Origin: Gammaproteobacteria bacterium
GTDB taxonomy: Bacteria; Pseudomonadota; Gammaproteobacteria; JBIOEC01
Length of the DNA stretch: 32,000 bases
Reading direction: 5' to 3'
Assembly: GCA_965279305.1 (NCBI GenBank)
Contig: OZ257143.1
Span: 1,110,001-1,142,000 of the forward strand
The position numbers and the translations under genes are program-made. Shown in pieces: positions 27,220-32,000 of the stretch; the first letter of the stretch is position 1, and the number at the start of each line of letters is the position of its first letter. The notes under the pieces are model-generated. The model saw only the letters and a program-made list of their open reading frames with translations. It was not told where the DNA came from and searched no databases.

Positions 27220-27380
27220 GTCATCCCGCGTTTTTTCCCTTGCAGAATTTTGAAAAGAAAGATGTGCTTTCAGGGAAAAAATGACGGGATCCGGTCGAGA
27301 GATTTCTCGACCAGACCCCAGCATTTTTCTCCTGAGAAAAGTTTTTTCTTTTACGGATCGTTGAGGAGAAAAACGTGGGG
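27220..27380. terminator. Cluster of three inverted repeats in the dotA/dotL convergent spacer (possible bidirectional terminators or REP-like elements)
   Basis: (1) ttttttccct (27231-27240) pairs with agggaaaaaa (27272-27281), with outer atcccg/cgggat arms. (2) A perfect hairpin ggtcgaga-gatt-tctcgacc lies at 27293-27312. (3) tttttctcc (27324-27332) pairs with ggagaaaaa (27365-27373), with outer cccca/tgggg arms (27316-27320 / 27376-27380). No hairpin has a canonical adjacent U-tract. Confidence 0.35.
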
Positions 27381-27397
27381 TGACAACTAAAACACTA

Positions 27398-29770
27398 TTA
27401 TTGGTTGGGGTTTTCTAACGCTGCTGTGACACTATTAATAGCCTCAACTACTTCTGCTACATTAGGTTTAATCATGCTAGGTGGGTAATTGGTAGCAGTT
27501 CTAATGTCATTGATCAATTTATTAATAGCCTGATGAGAATCTCCTCTGGATTTTCCTAACAAGCGTTCAATCTTTTCTAAATTTCGTTGCACTTCTTCTT
27601 TATCTAATAAAGGAGTGCTAAAGAAATTAGAGTTAAGCAAACTGAATGGATCAAACTCTTCTAAATCATCAGGTAGCGCATAAGAAGGTTGGGTGAAAAT
27701 ATCCATACCACCGCTGATCCCGGTTTGATTAGACGTTCCTTCAAGCTCTTCACCTTCGACTTCAACAGGAAGCGTATGCTCTTGTTTAAAGAATTGCCCA
27801 AATACTGATAAAGTGCGCTCTAAAGGAGGAAGTTTTTTACCTGTTTTAAGCGCTTTGCCAATAAAAGTCAGATCCGAGGGCATTTGCGCGGCTTCTTTTT
27901 GTAATAACTCAGGGTGTTCTAATGCGTTCGAAAACTGAGCATAACGATCATAAAGTGTAATCAGTTCTTTTTCATTCGGTTTAGATACTTTAAGGAACTG
28001 GTTCAGTTTCATGTATTTAACAGGAGGAGGGTTACTGAAGAACATACGTGCGCGAACAATTTGAGATTTGAAGAAAATATGCGCTTCACCTTCACGTTGA
28101 TCTTTTAAATCTAAAATATCAATACGAGCACGCTTCTCTAATTGTGCGCTACGGTTGTCTAAATAAGTATTGGTCACGCTGCTGGTATTGCTTTGGAAGC
28201 CGCTGGTATGCGTTACATACGCTTCTGCAGCGGTTTTTTGGAAGAACTCCCAGGTTTCCGTCGGATCTTCCAGTTTCATACAGATTTTAATATTGGTGTT
28301 AGCACCGATGGATGCGGCTTCTTCTTTAGATACTTTTTGGAAAGCGGGTAAATCTTGTCCGGCGAAAATAGCAGAGAAGCCTAAAGAACGTGCCTGTGCA
28401 GGAACAATGGCGAAGCCGTTTACTGCGTAGTAACCATACTCATCCAGAATACACATAAAAGGAGTAGGGGAGTTGGTGGGTTTGCGTTCTACTAAGGCTT
28501 TATATTCACCTTCTACTTCTTCACCTAAACCGGATGCCATCATCGCTTTTAAGGAAGCTACAATAATTTTTCCTAAGTTGGAAAGTTCTTCGGGTGCTTT
28601 TTCTAAAGCAGGAAGTAATACCACCAAAATGCGTCTATTTAAAACCACATCTCGGAAATCTACTTCGGCCAATTCGGTACGTAAAATATGACCATAAGTA
28701 TCGGCTAATGAGGTAAATGCTCGAGTGAGCTGCATACTCACGAAACCAAACTGCTCTAAGGTTTCAGAGCTTTGTTTGCCTTTTTTGTTTCTATCAAAAC
28801 CTGGTAAGGTATTTAAGAAGTTTTCTAAAGGTTGCATCACCACATCAGGCACGTCATCTAAAGGAATAAGTTTTTCATCAGGGCCTATGCCTACTGGGAA
28901 TTTACGATCGATAACAATGGTTTCTAAATGAGGTAAAAAGAAATAATGACGAACCGTATGCACGTCTAACAAAATATGACCTTCGTCGCGCATAAAAACT
29001 AATAGTTTCATTAATGCTTCAACAAACGAAATAGCACGGCCTTTCCACATATCGCCATCAGGGCTTTGTGAAGCTTGATCCATTAAGCTCACTACTAATT
29101 GCGATAACATACTGGAAGAGCCAGTAGCAAAAGGGTTTAATGTATTAGAGATACGGGTTTTTTGTGGGCCTACGATATCTCTAGCGCCAGTCATAAAGTT
29201 AATCAGTAATAAATCGTCTTCTCGTCCCATTTTTCGGGTGAGAGAGAATATTTTGGCGAATAAGGAGTTATCACCTTTACCATCTACGTAGATGAGTCCG
29301 CTTCCTTGTACCAATGCATTATAAGAGAGTGATACTAATGTTTCGGTTTTACCACTACCGGTAGAGCCGAACATTAATACGTGAGTTCTCATATCATCGT
29401 TGGTAAACCATAATTCTTCTAAGCTAGAGAGTTCATTTCCAAAATAAACAATACCGCCTGCTTTACGAGGTTTGTTAGAGCCGGGGCTGGGATCGTTATA
29501 ATCTAAACGGCCAGAACTTTTGGGCATACGAAAGGGAAGTTTGGTGCCTTGGGTAACGCAAATGGTAAAGATAAATAAACTAAACACTAAAGCAAAATCA
29601 CCTAAACCGGGTAACACAATAATAAAAACGCCTACACATATTAATGTTAGTGCGCAAGCGGTAGGATTTTTAAATGCGTCAGCAAACCGTTGGATAAGCG
29701 TGCGCGTATCCCGAATAATTTCTTGGCCTTGTTGTTCATGCCGGCGTTCTAATCCGCGTAGTTTTGCCAT
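27398..29770 (-). CDS. dotL: Type IVB coupling protein DotL (IcmO)
   Basis: 790 aa. It has N-terminal TM helices, Walker A (FGSTGSGKTE) and Walker B (FMCILDEYGYY). The N-terminus ...EIIRDTRT... and the overall length match L. pneumophila DotL/IcmO (~783 aa). It follows dotM. Confidence 0.92.
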   Translation of the reverse strand: MAKLRGLERRHEQQGQEIIRDTRTLIQRFADAFKNPTACALTLICVGVFIIVLPGLGDFALVFSLFIFTICVTQGTKLPFRMPKSSGRLDYNDPSPGSNKPRKAGGIVYFGNELSSLEELWFTNDDMRTHVLMFGSTGSGKTETLVSLSYNALVQGSGLIYVDGKGDNSLFAKIFSLTRKMGREDDLLLINFMTGARDIVGPQKTRISNTLNPFATGSSSMLSQLVVSLMDQASQSPDGDMWKGRAISFVEALMKLLVFMRDEGHILLDVHTVRHYFFLPHLETIVIDRKFPVGIGPDEKLIPLDDVPDVVMQPLENFLNTLPGFDRNKKGKQSSETLEQFGFVSMQLTRAFTSLADTYGHILRTELAEVDFRDVVLNRRILVVLLPALEKAPEELSNLGKIIVASLKAMMASGLGEEVEGEYKALVERKPTNSPTPFMCILDEYGYYAVNGFAIVPAQARSLGFSAIFAGQDLPAFQKVSKEEAASIGANTNIKICMKLEDPTETWEFFQKTAAEAYVTHTSGFQSNTSSVTNTYLDNRSAQLEKRARIDILDLKDQREGEAHIFFKSQIVRARMFFSNPPPVKYMKLNQFLKVSKPNEKELITLYDRYAQFSNALEHPELLQKEAAQMPSDLTFIGKALKTGKKLPPLERTLSVFGQFFKQEHTLPVEVEGEELEGTSNQTGISGGMDIFTQPSYALPDDLEEFDPFSLLNSNFFSTPLLDKEEVQRNLEKIERLLGKSRGDSHQAINKLINDIRTATNYPPSMIKPNVAEVVEAINSVTAALENPNQ

Positions 29771-29780
29771 AGATATCCAT

Positions 29781-30938
29781 TTATGCTTTGGTTTCAGGTT
29801 CGTCTATCGGTTGATAAATAACGATGGCGAGTGCTTTTTCTAAACCTACAACAGCCTCATGTACCATAGGCACAGAAAAACGGCGTTTTAATTCTCTTTC
29901 TACTACCCAATGTGCGAATACGCCACCCACTTCAGAAAATGCAGTTTGACGTCCCACATTATTTAAGGTGTACCATAATTTTCTATCAAGTGGTTTTAAC
30001 CATAAAAAATCCGAGCTGCTTAATACACCATCGGTACGAGCGAATTCTAGTATAGAGGCCATCATGGTGCGAACATAAGCATGTTGTTTGGTAATGGCAA
30101 CGACTCTTTTATCATCACGATATTTAGCTAGTACTTTTTTAACTTCAGAAGCTACGGCGCCAAAATCAGGTTTACCATTAATACTGCTAGCGGAAACTGC
30201 ATTTAAAATACCAGCAGAAGTGCTGCGATCATGATTGGCTCTAGCAATAAAGGCGGCAAATAATGTTTTGGTATAAGGATTAAGTTTATCTATTCCTTCC
30301 CAAGGAGCGCCTAGTTGCTCTGCAAATACACGCTCAGCTTTATCGCGAATCACTTCGGCGCGAATTTTCATTCCTCTTTGAATGAGTTTTTCACCTACGC
30401 CTTGTTCTCTGACTTCGCGCAGCAATTGGTATTTTCTGGCAAATTCCATAGGGTTCATGGACATAGCCCATGGCCCTTGATCAATCGGTGTGTTAATTAA
30501 GTCTTGTTTACTGGTAGGTAAAATTTGTGGCCATAAATCTTTTTGGCTGTCGTATAACGTTTTAAGATTGTAAATATGACGATAATGAGTGGCAAAAGGT
30601 CCAAAATAAATCACAGCGGCAAGGGCTACGCAAATAACGGCAAAAGGAATGGAAACAAATTTTCCAGTGGTGCTCATTAGTAATTTAATGGTAGGAAAAT
30701 CGACTTGCTCAGGATGAGCAATGTAAAATTCAACGATAGGGATCAATGCTTGTGGTTCACTACTATATAGAGTAGCGAATTGAAGTTCCCATAATTTGAC
30801 GGTACATATGCCCATTACAAGATAATCTTTAAACACAAACCAAATAATAAGTGCAATAGCAATAACGGCGACAGATCCCCATAAAAAATCTAGGGAGCCT
30901 GTCTGATCCTGCGCGGGTGGTGCGTTTTGTCCGGCCAT
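29781..30938 (-). CDS. dotM: Dot/Icm coupling-complex inner-membrane protein DotM (IcmP)
   Basis: 385 aa. It has a Gln/Pro-rich N-terminus and then TM helices (LWGSVAVIAIALIIWFVF...). The size and the position immediately upstream of dotL match icmP-icmO. The sequence resembles recalled DotM (IKLWE... motif). Confidence 0.8.
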   Translation of the reverse strand: MAGQNAPPAQDQTGSLDFLWGSVAVIAIALIIWFVFKDYLVMGICTVKLWELQFATLYSSEPQALIPIVEFYIAHPEQVDFPTIKLLMSTTGKFVSIPFAVICVALAAVIYFGPFATHYRHIYNLKTLYDSQKDLWPQILPTSKQDLINTPIDQGPWAMSMNPMEFARKYQLLREVREQGVGEKLIQRGMKIRAEVIRDKAERVFAEQLGAPWEGIDKLNPYTKTLFAAFIARANHDRSTSAGILNAVSASSINGKPDFGAVASEVKKVLAKYRDDKRVVAITKQHAYVRTMMASILEFARTDGVLSSSDFLWLKPLDRKLWYTLNNVGRQTAFSEVGGVFAHWVVERELKRRFSVPMVHEAVVGLEKALAIVIYQPIDEPETKA

Positions 30939-30946
30939 AGTATGCT

Positions 30947-31285
30947 CTAATCGTACATTAAGTCATCAAGGGCTATCGTATGTTTATCCGCTGCTGCTTC
31001 TATTAACTCATAAATAATTTCGGTTGCACATAATAATCGAAAAGAATCGGGTACTGTATCATCAAATTGGCAAATCACACCGAGTCTTGCATCGCTATCG
31101 GGTGGAAACTGAACACCTAAACCATAACTCAGGCAGAAAGCAGATAATTGATCTGCACGTCTCATAATAGCAGGTAATAGCCCGCGTTCAGCAAAAACAT
31201 CTTCTAGGGGGAGCACCTTGCCATTAAGTGTGAAATTAATTTTTAATTCTTCGGCAATGAAGGCGAGCTTAGAGCTTAGTTTCAT
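30947..31285 (-). CDS. icmS: Dot/Icm adaptor/chaperone IcmS
   Basis: 112 aa. The sequence LEDVFAERGLLPAIMRRADQLSAFCLSYGLG...FRLLCATEIIYELI...LDDLMYD parallels recalled L. pneumophila IcmS (114 aa, FDEVFSETGLLPAI..., ending ...LMYD). Confidence 0.88.
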   Translation of the reverse strand: MKLSSKLAFIAEELKINFTLNGKVLPLEDVFAERGLLPAIMRRADQLSAFCLSYGLGVQFPPDSDARLGVICQFDDTVPDSFRLLCATEIIYELIEAAADKHTIALDDLMYD

Positions 31286-31316
31286 AGCAAAATGTTATTC
31301 TATTTATGAAAGTAGT

Positions 31317-31345
31317 ACTGTAACGGATATTACTTCTCTAATCAA
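31317..31345 (-). promoter_or_regulatory. Candidate promoter for icmS-dotM-dotL (TTGATT-N17-TACAGT on the - strand)
   Basis: On the - strand, TTGATT (complement of 31340-31345) and TACAGT (complement of 31317-31322) have 17-nt spacing, about 30 nt upstream of the icmS ATG. This is a sequence-only prediction. Confidence 0.25.
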
Positions 31346-31358
31346 GATAAATTCCCTG

Positions 31359-31399
31359 TAGACTATACTTCTATCTTAGGTTATATTAATCCTCTAAGA
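31359..31399 (+). promoter_or_regulatory. Candidate dotD promoter (TAGACT-N17-TATATT) with the -10 bracketed by a 6-bp inverted repeat
   Basis: TAGACT lies at 31359-31364 and TATATT at 31382-31387. The inverted repeat tcttag (31374-31379) / ctaaga (31394-31399) flanks the -10 and could be an operator. This is a sequence-only prediction. Confidence 0.25.
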
Positions 31400-31423
31400 A
31401 ACAGACCTACGGATGGGCAAAAA

Positions 31424-31903
31424 ATGCGCACTCTCTTAATTTCTTTACTCTGTCCCTTACTCTGTATTAGCCTTATCGGATGTAGGCATAATTTTAATGA
31501 GCCGGAAGATCCACCAGAACTCCCTGATCTTAACAAAGCTGATTTATCTGAAGCAGCAATTGCTGCTACCGATTCTCTAGAGCAATTAGCTGCTATGGAT
31601 GCAGAACGTCAAGTAGTTAGAGTAGAACCGCAAACTCAAGAACAATTAGATTACCACATGCCTCAATTAGCCAGTGTAGATTGGACGGGGCCTGCAGAAC
31701 CTTTAGTTCGTCGTTTGGCGCAAGCAGTAAATTACCATGTGAGAGTCATTGGTAAAGCGCCACCGCATGTTATTATTGTGAGTATCAGTAAACGTGATGT
31801 ACCGGTGGGTGAATTGTTGCGTGATGTAGCGTTGCAAATTCATCGTGATGCTGATTTAGTTGTATTTCCTCAATCTAAACTTATTGAAATACACTATCAC
31901 TAA
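31424..31903 (+). CDS. dotD: Dot/Icm outer-membrane lipoprotein DotD
   Basis: 159 aa. It has a lipoprotein signal with the lipobox LIGC (Cys20). The C-terminal domain (VDWTGPAEPLVRRLAQAVNYHVRVIGKAPPHVIIVSISKRDVPVGELLRDVALQI) fits the DotD secretin-N0-like domain. The size is close to L. pneumophila DotD (163 aa), and a probable dotC follows. Confidence 0.82.
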   Translation: MRTLLISLLCPLLCISLIGCRHNFNEPEDPPELPDLNKADLSEAAIAATDSLEQLAAMDAERQVVRVEPQTQEQLDYHMPQLASVDWTGPAEPLVRRLAQAVNYHVRVIGKAPPHVIIVSISKRDVPVGELLRDVALQIHRDADLVVFPQSKLIEIHYH

Positions 31904-31923
31904 GTACTTATAAAGCGAACGAT

Positions 31924-32000
31924 ATGCCGCTAACAAAGATAAAAAAAGTTCAAGCCCATTTATCGCCTAATATATCAGTGGCTGGCGTGTTATTAGTTAG
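31924..32000 (+). CDS. dotC: 5' end of an ORF running off the window, probably dotC
   Basis: The ATG at 31924 opens a frame (MPLTKIKKVQAHLSPNISVAGVLLV...) with no stop up to the window end. The hydrophobic stretch is consistent with a signal peptide. The identity is inferred only from the usual dotD-dotC-dotB order. Confidence 0.35.
   Translation, partial: MPLTKIKKVQAHLSPNISVAGVLLV

Noticed and set aside
26912-27324. ORFs 26912-27253 (+, 113 aa) and 27115-27324 (-, 69 aa) overlapping the dotA 3' end and the spacer.
   Set aside because: They are alternative-frame or antisense readings of the Lys/Glu/Gln-rich dotA tail and the hairpin region. The translations are basic and low-complexity, and there is no RBS.
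1-32000. Scan for CRISPR arrays, tRNA/rRNA/tmRNA genes, IS elements and toxin-antitoxin pairs.
   Set aside because: I saw no regularly spaced direct repeats, no cloverleaf-like or rRNA-like conserved segments, no transposase-like ORF and no small gene pairs. Repeats are limited to the palindromic elements reported above. A visual scan can miss small RNAs.

Overview
This window comes from an AT-rich gammaproteobacterium that looks like a member of Legionellales (Coxiella/Rickettsiella/Legionella-like). I cannot assign a species. All homology calls are by eye and from memory, with no searches run.

The window has three blocks:

1. 1-8575 (+): the conserved envelope/replication cluster bamA (3' end)-skp-lpxD-fabZ-lpxA-lpxB-rnhB-dnaE.
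2. 8587-20309: a mixed block.
   - On the - strand: an AAA+/DUF4143-type ATPase, a MipA-like outer membrane protein and a 2-oxoacid dehydrogenase E1alpha/E1beta/E2 operon.
   - A 460-bp divergent spacer filled with GC-rich nested palindromic repeats.
   - On the + strand: a PAP2 phosphatase and etfB-etfA-liuA-liuB-liuC (leucine catabolism).
3. 20475-32000: part of a Dot/Icm type IVB secretion locus.
   - On the + strand: [recombinase-like ORF]-[98-aa ORF]-icmW-[263-aa secreted ORF]-icmX-like-icmV-dotA.
   - This string converges on icmS-dotM(icmP)-dotL(icmO) on the - strand.
   - Divergent dotD and the first codons of a probable dotC follow.

I recognised no rRNA, tRNA, CRISPR array or intact transposase.

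The most interesting items are:
- the three unassigned ORFs embedded in the icmW-dotA string, especially a serine-recombinase-like protein that has lost its catalytic residues and carries a triplicated DNA-binding motif;
- the non-canonical Dot/Icm gene order;
- a pair of related palindromic elements between the dehydrogenase operon and the PAP2 gene.
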